In this document: positions 14,701 through 26,445 of the stretch, piece by piece | How the letters are laid out: each line of letters opens with the position of its first letter | Position numbering within the stretch: the first letter of the stretch is position 1 | NCBI GenBank assembly: GCA_030324005.1 | Contig: JARDVH010000110.1 | Location: 2,571,080-2,635,079, forward strand | Reading direction: 5' to 3' | Length of the DNA stretch: 64,000 nt | Source: Negaprion brevirostris | Lineage: Eukaryota | Notes under the pieces: model-generated | Database searches by the model: none | What the model was told of the DNA's origin: nothing | The model's input: only the letters and a program-made list of their open reading frames with translations | Made by a program: the position numbers and the translations under genes

Positions 14701-15835
14701 TATTCACGTCCTCCTCTCCCACAGACTCTTTAAGTGTTCCCTTCCTCTCTTGTATTGTCTCCCTACTTCTGCTCGCTATGTATTTTATTTCCTCTTTCCT
14801 GTCTGCTCTTCGATTCCCTTGCTTTCAATCCGAAGTGTTTTCCCCTTTGTCTCCTAATTTGGCTCAGTTCTGCTTCACTTTGCTTGTTTTCCTCCTCACA
14901 TTATTTCATCTCAGTCTCTTTCATTATCACTTTAATATCTGCTTCTCTTTTCTCCCCCTTTTTACACTTCCCCCTTAATCACACTGCGTGCATGGCGGAA
15001 TTGTTCTCAATTTTCTTCTTCTAGTCTGTCTCTCTCTCTCTCTCTATTTCTGTCTCCCTCTCTCACGAACACATACACCCACACACACGCACACACACAC
15101 ACACACACAGAGATCCTCATACAAAATCTCACATCGAAACACACACTGTTTCGTGTATACATACAAATTAAAAAAAAAAACTTCTATCTCAGACACATAT
15201 AGTCACAGAGTCAGAGAGCCTATAGGAAAGGCCCTTCGGCCAATCGAGCCTGCACTGACAGCAGCTACCACATGTGGCACGCTAATCCTTTTTTGAATTA
15301 TATCCACACATGGTGCTACAATAATGCTCAATAGTTAGAGCTTCAAATTCGATTTGAAATAATTAGTACATAACAATCGAGGCATAGGAGTTATCTCTAT
15401 CCACTCATGGATATTGATTAAGGTTATATCATGCACACATGAGAGTATAGTATCCAATTATAACCTTTGCATGTTAAATCATCGAGAAAGAGAGCTATAT
15501 CTGTGACCAAAGGTACAGCAACTTCTTTTTCCATTATTCCTTGTTTTTTGTTTGTGTGGCAAGAACTGAGCTGCAGTTGCACATTATTCAATTCAAATTT
15601 CCTTGCTAAAGTTCTGCGTCTGCTATAATCAAGGCTTGTGGTTTTCACATAGCTTCCCTGGTTGGCTGAGATCAGGTTGCAGCTGATGTGATTTTTTAAC
15701 TTGTGTGATTATTAACCCTTGCAAATGGTTCAATCNNNNNNNNNNNNNNNNNNNNNNNNNNNNNNNNNNNNNNNNNNNNNNNNNNNNNNNNNNNNNNNNN
15801 NNNNNNNNNNNNNNNNNNNNNNNNNNNNNNNNNNN

Positions 15836-16835
15836 ATGGTTCAATCCGTAACTAGCGGGGTGCCACAGCCATCGATACTGAAATCCTAGCTATGCACAAT
15901 ACATATTGATTATTTGGATGAGGGAACAAAATATAACATCTCAAAGTTTGCAGATGATATTGAGTTGGGTGGAGGGTGAACTGTGAGGAAGACGCAGAGA
16001 TCCTAAAGAATGACCTGGTCAGGTTGGTTCGTGGGCTAAATCAATGGCAGAGGCAGTATGATTTGAATACATGTGAGGCTACTCACTTTGGAAGGAAAAA
16101 AAGGATGGTGGAGTATTGCTTGAAAAGCTGTAGCTTGGACGAGCGAATGAGCATCAGTGACTGTGCACCAGTCACTGAAGATAAGCATGAAGGTGTAGTA
16201 GGTGCTAAAGAAGGCAAGTGGCACTTTGAGTACAGGAGCAGGGGTGTGTTGTTGCAATTATACAAGGCCTTGGCAAGGCCACACCTAGAGTATTGTGTGC
16301 AGTATTGGTCTCCTTTTCTGAGGAAGGGTGTTCTTGCTCTCGAGGGAGCGAAGCAAAAGTTTACCAGGCTGATTCCAGTGATAGCAGGGCTAATGTAGAT
16401 GGAGAGATTGACTAGGTTAGGATTGTTTTTGCTAGAGTTCAGCCGAATGAGAAGAGATTTAATGGAAATTTATAAATTTCTGATAGGATTAGACAGGATA
16501 GCTGTAGGGAGGATATCCCCGATGGTGTGGGAGTCCAGAACCAGGGCTCACAGTCTAAGGATTCAGGATAGGCCGATTAGGACGGAGGTGAGGAGACATT
16601 TCTACCCCCAAATAGTGGAGAGACTGGTATTCATTGCCACAAACAATAGTTAATGCCTAGACGTTGAATGCATGGAAGAGCGGCTGGACTTACCACTTGG
16701 GGTGAATGGGATGAAAGGTTGTGGGGAGAAAACCAAAATGAGGCTATTGAGTTGCATCATCAGCCATCGTCGGAATGAATGCTGGATCAGTCTTGAAGGG
16801 CCAAATGGCCTCCTCTTGCTCCAATCTTCTATATT
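15836..16835 (+). mobile_element. CR1 RT C-terminus and 3' UTR
   Basis: ISKFADD-like; LYKALARPHLEYCVQYWSP; ERLTRLGLF; typical CR1 3' tail. Confidence 0.9.
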
Positions 16836-18452
16836 TCTTTGATATTTCTCTGATATTCACAGTAATTGATGCAGAAAGTGGGAAGAAGAGATTTCAATAT
16901 ACCTCTGTTTCAGGCTACAATATACCTCCAAGCAATTTGAACATTAACACGTGAATTTATTTAAAAAAAGTCAGGTTTCCTTCACAAATCCTTCTCCATC
17001 CAATTCATACGTTGATATTATTCAGCTTCAACACCACATTGCCACCCTTCATTCCTGGGAGAAAAGGGCAATGCCCACTTCAGTCTTACATACATTTAAC
17101 ATTGTAACGTTCATTGTTCTTGTCACTTTGCACGAAGATTTTTCTCCTCACCTCAGTCAATCATGATTGACCCCTTAATCTGAGACAGTAACACNNNNNN
17201 NNNNNNNNNNNNNNNNNNNNNNNNNNNNNNNNNNNNNNNNNNNNNNNNNNNNNNNNNNNNNNNNNNNNNNNNNNNNNNNNNNNNNNNNNNNNNNCCCCCC
17301 CCCCCCCCCCCCGCCTCCCCCAGCTCCTGTAGCCAGACAAAGTCGTGGTGCAGTTTCATGATGATTTGTTAAATATACAGCTGAGACAGTATCACAATGC
17401 TGTGGATTGCTCCGGCAATTCATGTACCTTTCTGTCCACTCTGATGACATTGTGAAGCCTCTGCACAATTTAAATTTTTTCAATGTTTTTTTCTCCAGAA
17501 CATCAGAGAATATGGACATTATTAATTCAACCTATCATGATGGTGCAAACCTCCCATACCAATATTCTTCTAATTCACCCTACTGCTACCAATGTTGGTG
17601 TACCCTCCCATGAGTGTGAGCGAAACATCTGCTCACGTTACTGGAGATGTGGATCCAGTACACAGCATGTATGTTCCATGAGGATTCCTGATGGCTAAGT
17701 ATCCCTGCAGGCTAACTTGTTGCGTCCTTGTCACGAAAGCACTCAAGCCCCTCTGACAGAAGAAAAGCACAGGGCAGAATGGTGCGTCGCAGAAAGAGAC
17801 CGTTTGAATTGCTTCACAGTGAATTGCGTTTTTTCCTTTGTTACTGTGTTATACTGTTACAAAAAAAGCAACATTCTGCAGTTGCCAAACAGCGTGATTT
17901 CACATTGTACTTTCGTTAGTGCAACTTCTTGATGATAAATTATTGACTCATAGCTCAATGAATAGACTTAGACATTTTAGCTAACTTCAAATAGCATAAG
18001 ATGAATCCGTGAAGCTACTGTACCTTTATGAAATGTATTTTTAATCATGGTTTCTGCACTTTGTAAGTGGGCATTTTGTTTTCATTGTGGCACTGGCTGC
18101 CTGCTTAGAGCACCTGTTTTGCTGCTTAAACTTTTTGAAAGTTACTTTGTTCATTGAAGTGTGGTGTAAAGATTAATTGTCAAGTCAGTGCCAGATGCTT
18201 CCTCCACAGAGGAATCCAAAAATTCATTTTCATTTTGGATGGTATTTTTACCTCAGTCTGAATGCACTGTTCTCTTTCTTTCTCTCCCTGGTATTGTAAA
18301 TTCTGCTCCGTAGCTGGAAGCAGATATCCATGACTTCCCGGAGATTTAAAAAAAAACTGCCGTTGGTTGTTTGCTAGCTGGCATGTGGAGTGGTTCTGTC
18401 TCTTGAAGTGGATCAGAATCTCAATAAGCCAGCAGTTGCACTACCGCCATTA

Positions 18453-18720
18453 GGTGGCGTGGTGGCACAGTGGTTAGCACTGCTGCCTCAAAGCGTCAGG
18501 GACCGGCTTCATTTTTTTTGGCTTGGGCCATTTTCTATGCAGAATCCGCACGTTCTCCTATACCTACATGGGTTAATACCAGGTGTCCTGATTCCTCCCA
18601 CAGTCCAAAATATTGATTATGTGCATTGACCAAGCTATAATTCTCCCTCAATGTATCTGAGCAGGACCTCGAATGTAGCGACACGGGGATTTTCACAGTA
18701 ACTCAACCACAAAGTTTCGA
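18453..18720 (+). mobile_element. HE1-type tRNA-derived SINE
   Basis: ggtggcgtggtggcacagtggttagcactgctgcctca A-box-like head. Confidence 0.75.
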
Positions 18721-19129
18721 AGTCTGCTTACGATACGAACCAATTAACTTAATTCAGCTTAAAACCTCGAGGTTTTCTGGAAGTTATAAGGCTGGGAATC
18801 AGAGTTTCAATTCCGTAACCAAAGTACTAAGTTATAGCATCATGTGAGCGTCCTTATTTTCTGTAATAACCCTAAGCCACGGTACGTTTTAATGAGGCTT
18901 ATTGGGTTGTAAGTTATCATATAGTTAACGGTTATACAATATCCTGTTTGTTTGCTTTTTTTCGCTTGTAATAAGTAAATGTTATTGTTACATTTTAACT
19001 GTATTCAGAAATACAGTTTCTTTGTTTGGTCAAAGCTCTTGGTGGCTGATCTCAATCATGCCTGAAGCGGAACATCTGATGCTTACACTAGTCACAAAGT
19101 GATGTATGTGATTAAAAGAAAGGACCATC

Positions 19130-20570
19130 CATTGGGGGCGCAGCACAGATCCCCATGGTACGCCACTGCACACTGCCTTCCAGTCAAATAAAGTAACCTA
19201 CCCTCATTATTCGTTGCCTCTGATAACTGACCCAATTTCAACCCACCGTTCTCAAAATAACCTGCATTTCATGCACAATGACCTGCCTCATCAGTTTTTC
19301 TTGTGGCATTTTGTCAAAGAGTTGGCTGAAATCTATATTGAATAATATCAACTCGAATACCCTCATTTATACATTTAGTCAACTTCTGAAAAAAAGTGCA
19401 ATCAAATTGATTAGGCATGAATTCCCTCTGACAAAGTCATTCTGACTGTCGCTAATCAACCCTTGTCTCTCCAAATGTCGATAAATGTGTTTTTTTTTTA
19501 TCAAAGCTTCCTCCAGCCACTTATGTGAGACACACTGGTCTGTAGTTCCCGTTCTTAAATCCACAATTCTTCCTAAATAGTAGAATCACATGATTAGTTC
19601 TCCTTCCCTCCCTCCTGGTGAAAGAGGAAATAATGCAATGACTCGATCTGTTTGCATGGCCCCTCCCCTTCCCCCCACTCTCCCTCCCGCACCCGCCCCC
19701 CCCCGCCCCCCACCCCACCCAACCCCGCGCCCACCTTGTCCCCCACAAAAGCCTGGCATGCAATTCATCAGAATCTGGATATTTGACAACGTTTTATGCC
19801 TGCCACCACAATGAAAACATAACATTCACTCTGCCAATTGGCTCATGAAAATCGCAGTCTCTCTTCTGAGCTCAATGTGTTCAGAAGCCTAATAGTCTTA
19901 GCTGAAGGCTGTTGTGAAGCACTCGTTCAACACTCTGCAATGCCCTGTGTCTCCACTCACATATTGTGCCCTATTGACTAATTGGCCCTACTCTGTCCCT
20001 GAATATTCTCTTCCCATTAATACATTTTTTTTTGGTTTTTCCCTACTTCTGGCAAACCATGTTCCCATATCCCTTATTTGTCTTTCTAATAGTGAAAGGG
20101 CAGAGAAGATCTTAAGAAAACTAACGCCCCTGCTGATTTCTCTCCTTGTAAAGTCTTTGCTGTCTGAACATTTCCTGAATATTGTCATCCTTGTTCGTCT
20201 TGGCTGATTCCTTGCTGTCACACAAGAGGGATCATGATGTGTTTCGGTTCTCTCCATTTGCATTTTCAATTTCAGTACTTCCTTAGATTTCCCCAATAGC
20301 AGCTTTTCCCATTCTACATTTACCAGGTACTGCCTCATTTTATGAAACACCTTCTTCTCTCAATCCAGCACAGCGTTCTTGCATCTTGTATATTTCGTTG
20401 TCCATAACAGTTTACGTTGTGCCATGTTGTAATTATTATCATTAAAATGCTTCCTCCGCACCAATTCGACAATCTATCATTCCCTGGAACTGGGCGCAGC
20501 ACAGATCCTTAACTTGTTGGACCCTCGACAAGTTGGCCTAAAAGTTATCTTATACACATTTTAACAAATC
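19130..20570 (-). mobile_element. Degenerate CR1 ORF2 relic (inverted paralog of 10310-11770)
   Basis: ORF 19379-19564 HIYRHLERQGLISDSQNDFVRGNSCLINL; adjoins the inverted unit core. Confidence 0.75.
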
Positions 20571-23500
20571 ACCTCCAATCAAACTTATCATCAAATTACT
20601 CTATTTGCCTGCTTGGAAATCAATGTTGCTTTGAAAAAAAAGTTTTGTTTTTGTTTAGAATTGTTAACCATTGGAAATAATGTGGCGACAGCATCAGAAA
20701 CGTCAGGTGGATTACTCTGCTGAAGACATCGAATGTTAAGGGAGTAACAGATGGAGGATGTGAGATAGCGGATGGAATACAAAGAGCTGGGCACAGGGAG
20801 GAGCAAATTGTGGGGGGAATAAGAAGAGAGTTGTGTGAAAGGAAACTTGATCGAGTTTATCAAAGAAGCGACAAAGATGATTGATGAGGGCACGGCAGTG
20901 GATGTTGTCTACATGGACTTCAGAAAGGACATTGACAAGGTCCGTCATGACAGACTGATCACACGTAACTCCACCTTCTGCACCAGAGTGAGCTAGCAAT
21001 GTAACAATGACGCTTACTTCTTGCAAGGGAAAAAAACACAAAGAGCCAGGGTATTTTATAACCGTTAATTATATGAAATGTTACTACCCAACAAACTTCA
21101 TTACAAAGTACTGTGCCGTAGGTGTACTACAGAAAATAAGAATGCTCACGTGATGCTGTAAATTAGTAGTTTGGTTACTGAATTGGAACTCTGATTCCCA
21201 GCCTTGTACCTTGCAGCAAACCTCGAGGTTTTAAGCTGAATTAAGTTAATTTTTTCGGACCACAAGTAGGCGTATAAACTTTGTACTTGAGTAAAAGTGA
21301 AAATCCCCGTGTCGCCACACTCGGGCACCTGTTCAAATACACTGAGGGAGAATTATAGCTTGCCCAATGCACATAAACGGCATGTATTTCGGACTGTGGG
21401 AGGAATCAGGAATCAGAACACCCGTTGTAAACCCATGGTTCGACNNNNNNNNNNNNNNNNNNNNNNNNNNNNNNNNNNNNNNNNNNNNNNNNNNNNNNNN
21501 NNNNNNNNNNNNNNNNNNNNNNNNNNNNNNNNNNNNNNNCAATTAATGAAAATCAATTAACTGATAAGAACATTTATGCACTTCTACATAACCCCTCTTA
21601 CAACATTTATGCATTCTATTTTATAGTTTCAGATAAGCCTTCACCTTTCTGCCCACATAGCTGTAACCCCCGGTCTCTTTCTCTTTTTTTGCCCTCGATC
21701 TGCCCGTTTCCTATCTGAGTCAACCCCACCACAGCCAATTCTGCCAGATTATTTTGATAAAATATTTAGACGTCAAGTCGTTCAAATTGTTAGGGAATCC
21801 ATGTTCCTTCCTTACAACTCAGAAAAAAATCTGCGCTATTTTCTTGCATGTTCTATTTGTTTTCTCTTGTGCCCAGTAAGATGCCATCAGCAATTAAGAG
21901 TCCTCCCAATGGACATGGGTGTCGCTGACTTGCCAGCATTTATTGCCTATCCCTATATTCCTGACGACAGTTGAGAGTCAACCTCATTATTGTGGTTCTG
22001 AAGTCACATGTAGGCCAGATCAGGAAAGGACAGCAGATTTCCTTCCCGAAAGGACATTAGTGAACCAGATGGGTATCCAAGATGTGATGCAGTCAAGTTC
22101 CGAGTGAAAGCATAGTTGTAAATAAATTAGCTACAACACAGAAGGCAAAGCAAACTTTTTTTTGGTCCTTTGAAGCAGAAGTTCAATCTGCATCGACAAT
22201 GGAAATCTGATCACTTCAGAAATCATAACTCAAAGCGACGTGTGGGACATTTGGAAGGAAGGGGCAGTGATAACTAATCTCTTTCAGTTGGTTTTGGTGC
22301 CAGATCCAAAACTGGAACGGGGCTCCTGAACCATGCTCCTAAACTTTCCCTCATTAGAGCGGTAGCATAAACCAGCTCTTGTACATTAGACTGATCCAGG
22401 TTGTACTTGGACTTTTTTCCCCTCATTCTTCTTTTAGAAGTATATTAAAGCAAACAACTTTGCTACAATTTTATAGAACTTCCTGTTCGTGTAATAATTA
22501 ATGTAGTACATTTAAAACCTAAGTTTTAGCAATAGGTAGCAAAGACCTCTAATGCCCTTTGCTTCGGATTTTCACACCTTGCCACACAAAGAATATCTGA
22601 CATTTCTGTCAACGTATTTTTGTTACGTAACCAATCAGCAGGAGATATCAGGAAAGCTCGAATTCTGCTTAAATTCTGTGGACCTGTGCTGCACCCATCA
22701 CACTCCAACACTGGGGCAGCAACAGGTTAGTCCTCTATTTGAAGGTAAAGAGCATTTTGTCGGTTAGTTGCATTCTTCACTGTGGTAAGTTTACATTGTT
22801 CAAGTACATTCTTAGCCTGTTTTTAGCCTTTACTGAAAACATTGTCAAAATGGATGCAACACCCGATTCTACGACGGGAGCAAATGACAATTAAGGATTC
22901 AGTCGATGAAGTAGGTAATATTTTCAACATCGTTATCTTGCAGGGAATACCAGCAATGAAAATGCAGAATATAGGAAATATACAATAAACTGCTGGGAGA
23001 CAACTGGGTAAACAGTAATCAATGTGGCCTTTCAATAGACACTTTGCTAATTAGACAAATGTATGAGATACTGATTGGACCTCTGCTAGGGCACAGCACC
23101 CTATATCGGATTCCACAATTTTGGAAAGATGTAATGGCGTATGAATGACATAATTGGAACAGATAAGGTGCAAATAAAGGAAATTATGAGAATGGAATGG
23201 AGCTAGTCGATTTGAAAAGAATGTTGATGGTTGTTTTGTGGCTGGAAATATGGAGAGAGAGAGTTGAATTCACTAAACAAAAGTGTTGGAAGCATGTCAA
23301 ATGAAAGTCGGAAGGTGATAGAATTAACGCCAAAATTATTTCCCAATTCGGGACAAGAGTATGAAGGAGCAGCAACATCTTATTTGATGTAATGAGCTGG
23401 AGGAGAGGGCATGAATAGAACTGGAGGCAGAAATTGTCTGCATGTCCCACAACAAGGGCAGGTTTTAGTAGGGCACATGCAAATACCCATAGAGGCACAT

Positions 23501-25644
23501 TTCCTTTGCGTGGAGTAAGCTATATCGAAGCAGAAATATTTGAGTGGGAGTTCAGTTTGGCCAAGGAGATTGGTAGCCGACCCAAATGGCTCTGATCTCT
23601 GCTAGGGAAGACGCAGATGACTCTGAGACACTAGCGATAACAAGGGGTTGTCGAGGGAATGGATATCCACAGTAAAGTGGAGACATTTTGGGCCAGGCAA
23701 GTGGACATTGTGCATATCACGTAGGGCATCAGAGGAATTGTGAATGCATATGGAGATAGGCTGCAGAAGAGTGTGAATGGAGCCTGGACACATAGAAATG
23801 AGTTCAGCTTAGATAGACCCAACATTTCAGGCAGTTTCTATCAGGGCAGTCCAGTTTAAGGATTTTGGGTAGGAAGTCGAGAGGTCTGTGCGAGGGTCAG
23901 GGCATTGAGGTTGGAAGTTGTAGAGGGAAGAATGCCAGTGGTGATGAGGCCAACGACGATTCTGGAAACAATCCTACTGCCCTCTGGAACATGGCACGTG
24001 TGCTGAACATCAAATGATTAAGTGTCAGAGGGAAGAAACATTTGGTAGGCTACTGAGAGATAGAGAACAGAAGTGTGATCATGGGGTTAGGATTCGGATC
24101 AAAAATTGGAATTCAAGCGTTGGAAGTGTCCCAAGGACAAAATGAGGTTCTGCTGCACCTAAGCATGCATGGTTTAAAGGAACTTAATCTAATATTTTTC
24201 GTACGAGAGAATAGTGACTAAACTTTAAACGTGTACCTCTTTCTTTGCTTTTCCATTTCAGCCTGGTATAGAGGGCACAACTGTAAGAAATGAAGCAACA
24301 GACAAATCTATTAAGTCCTCAAAACCTCATCTCCCTAATGCAGTCCTTGCCCTAAACATAACCTGAACGGCCCCTGTACAGCAATGAACCACTCAGTGAA
24401 CAGCATCAGACAAAATCGAACCCGGTGGCACTTAAATTATAAGTCGTGACAATTTTAGTGATAGAATCACCAGGAGTTCCAAGTAAGCTCATTGGTATCT
24501 AGAGTCGTAGGGTCATGGATGTTTACATCATGGAAACAGGCCCTGCGGCTCAAATTGTCTGTGCCACCCTTTTTTAAAAACCCCTATGCTAGTCCCAATT
24601 GCCCACATTTGGCCCGTATCCCTCTATACCCATCTTCCTCATGTAACTGTCTGAGAGATCCAGATCTGTTTGTTTCATTTGTGTTTGAATAATGGACTAG
24701 CTCACGCATTAAAGCTGTTTCATTCTGGGAGTGACTGAACAGGCATTTAACAACATGGAGAGGGAAGTTATATTTTTTTCTGAATCAGTTAATGCACCTG
24801 CACCAACTGGGTCCCTTGCAACAGAGAGAGAGAGAGAGATGAAATGTTGAGCCATAATGGGAGTAAGAGTGGGGAAGGGGCAAAGACAGAGAGAGATGGT
24901 GAACGGGAGCGAGAAAGACAAGGAAGGTACGAACGAGATAGATGTAGGATCTGAGACAGAAAAAGAGGGATTGCAAGAGCAGTAAAAGAAAAATGAAAAG
25001 AAGGAGCTGAAAAGAGAGTGAGAAAAAAATAGTTAATGGGAAGGCAGAGAGAAATGTAGACAGAAAGTGTGAGATAAGAAAGGGTGAATAGGAGAGAAGG
25101 CCAATAAACATTGCTTAAAATGTCTTCATATATTTACAAGCAAGAAGTGCTAAGAGTGTCACTTATGCATTGATCCCGTCTTTCTCCACGATCCTTAATT
25201 TTCTTCGGGGGTAGCAAAAGGAAATGTGAACAAAAGCATATACACGGACACAGACACAGTCTACAGAGACACACAAAAACAAAATGTGAATTAACGAAAA
25301 TGTGGACAGTACGATGATGGGCAATGTTGAACAATGCCTTACAATGCAGAGAGAGACAGACAGACAGACAGAGAGAGAGTGAGAGCGCGACTGAGACTTA
25401 TAGGGAAGGAACGGCAAAATGGGGGTAAGTAAAAGTACAAGTTTCGTTTGTAGAGGTGATGAAAGTTATTCGAGCATCTTGGCAACACATAGAAATTGCT
25501 TTTTTTTTAAATGATCAATCGACCCAATGTGTTTCAGAGGAATATTATTGAGACACGATTTCACAGCGTGCCACCAGGGGATATTAGGCCAGGTTATTAT
25601 AAACTCTATCAAAGTGATTGGCGCCTCCATATTTGAGATGATAC

Positions 25645-26445
25645 TGTGACGTTAGGATTTTGTTTAATTTAATCATGTTCAGGGCAGTATGTTACTAGTT
25701 GTCCCTTCTGTTTGATTGATGTTCTCTGTCTACAGCCGACATCCCGTTTTGTCACTGCAGCAGCACAATTACATTAACTTGCTAGAATGTCTGTTATACT
25801 CCAAATTAGTTATGCTATGCAGTTCTTCTCGTTCCATTGGAGTTGTGCAGAGTGGGGCTTAATTTGAATGATCGAAAGGTATTGCCACGTAACGGGCTGA
25901 AGCTGGGTTTACACAGAATATTCAGGCTTATTTTTTTTTTTCGCTTTGCGAGAGAGGAGTGCCTCTCCTTTCACCCCTTCGAAGTCTGGAGACTGGTGCC
26001 AGAGACGAGTGCAAATTCTCTTCAGTTTGGTGATTTGAGGATATACCCCTCTTTGGGATCTGCTGTTTGAATCTCTGTCTAGAAGTGTTTAAATGCTGTA
26101 ATCAGGCATCATGTAAGCACATTTGGTTTCTGTACTGACTGGTTTACAGAAAGGATTCATGTCTCTGAGACGTTGTGATTTGGAACAATCGAGATAGCTA
26201 GCTGTTAAGCATTGTATTCTGTCATATTTAAGTCGTTTCATTCATAAAACTGATGCCAGTTGCTATTTTTTTGTTTAACATTCTTGAATAAAGTTTGTTT
26301 TTTATATAACTTCCTTGTGGGTCACTTGAATCATCCCTGGAGTGTAACAACTAATGTGTAACCTAGTGCCAAACCAAACATCAAAGATACATTCTAGACC
26401 AAATAGATAAAATAATTTGCAGTTTATGATCTTGTACTGAATACA
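25645..26445 (+). repeat. Putative 5' LTR (TG...CA) followed by a degenerate tRNA-Pro-like primer-binding site
   Basis: Begins tgtgac, has AATAAA at ~26287 and ends ataca. It is followed by tgagggctctttgtgggat (26447-26465), which resembles TGGGGGCTCGTCCGGGAT. Confidence 0.55.

Larger units (their letters stand above)
230..21444. repeat. Array of diverged segmental duplicates: ~230-1980, 2081-4255, 4690-8100, 8290-8930, 10310-15300, inverted 16850-20570, partial 21040-21444
   Basis: Shared collinear motifs, e.g. cccaggaatgaagg at ~3020, 5532, 13543 and reverse ~17047; gcctgaaacagagctat at ~3156, 5671, 13681 and reverse ~16900. Confidence 0.9.

Noticed and set aside
14376-14978. 200-aa ORF (and similar F/L/S-rich ORFs at 6415-7169, 9708-10127, 24785-25111)
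   Set aside because: Artefacts of CT/GA-rich low-complexity DNA; the frame is not conserved between paralogous tracts
19521-19825. Pro/Gly-rich ORFs
   Set aside because: Arise from a poly-C-rich tract inside a CR1 relic
230-21444. Immunoglobulin/TCR-type cluster suggested by the repeated multi-kb units
   Set aside because: No V/C domain ORFs, and none of the CACAGTG heptamers checked has a properly spaced nonamer
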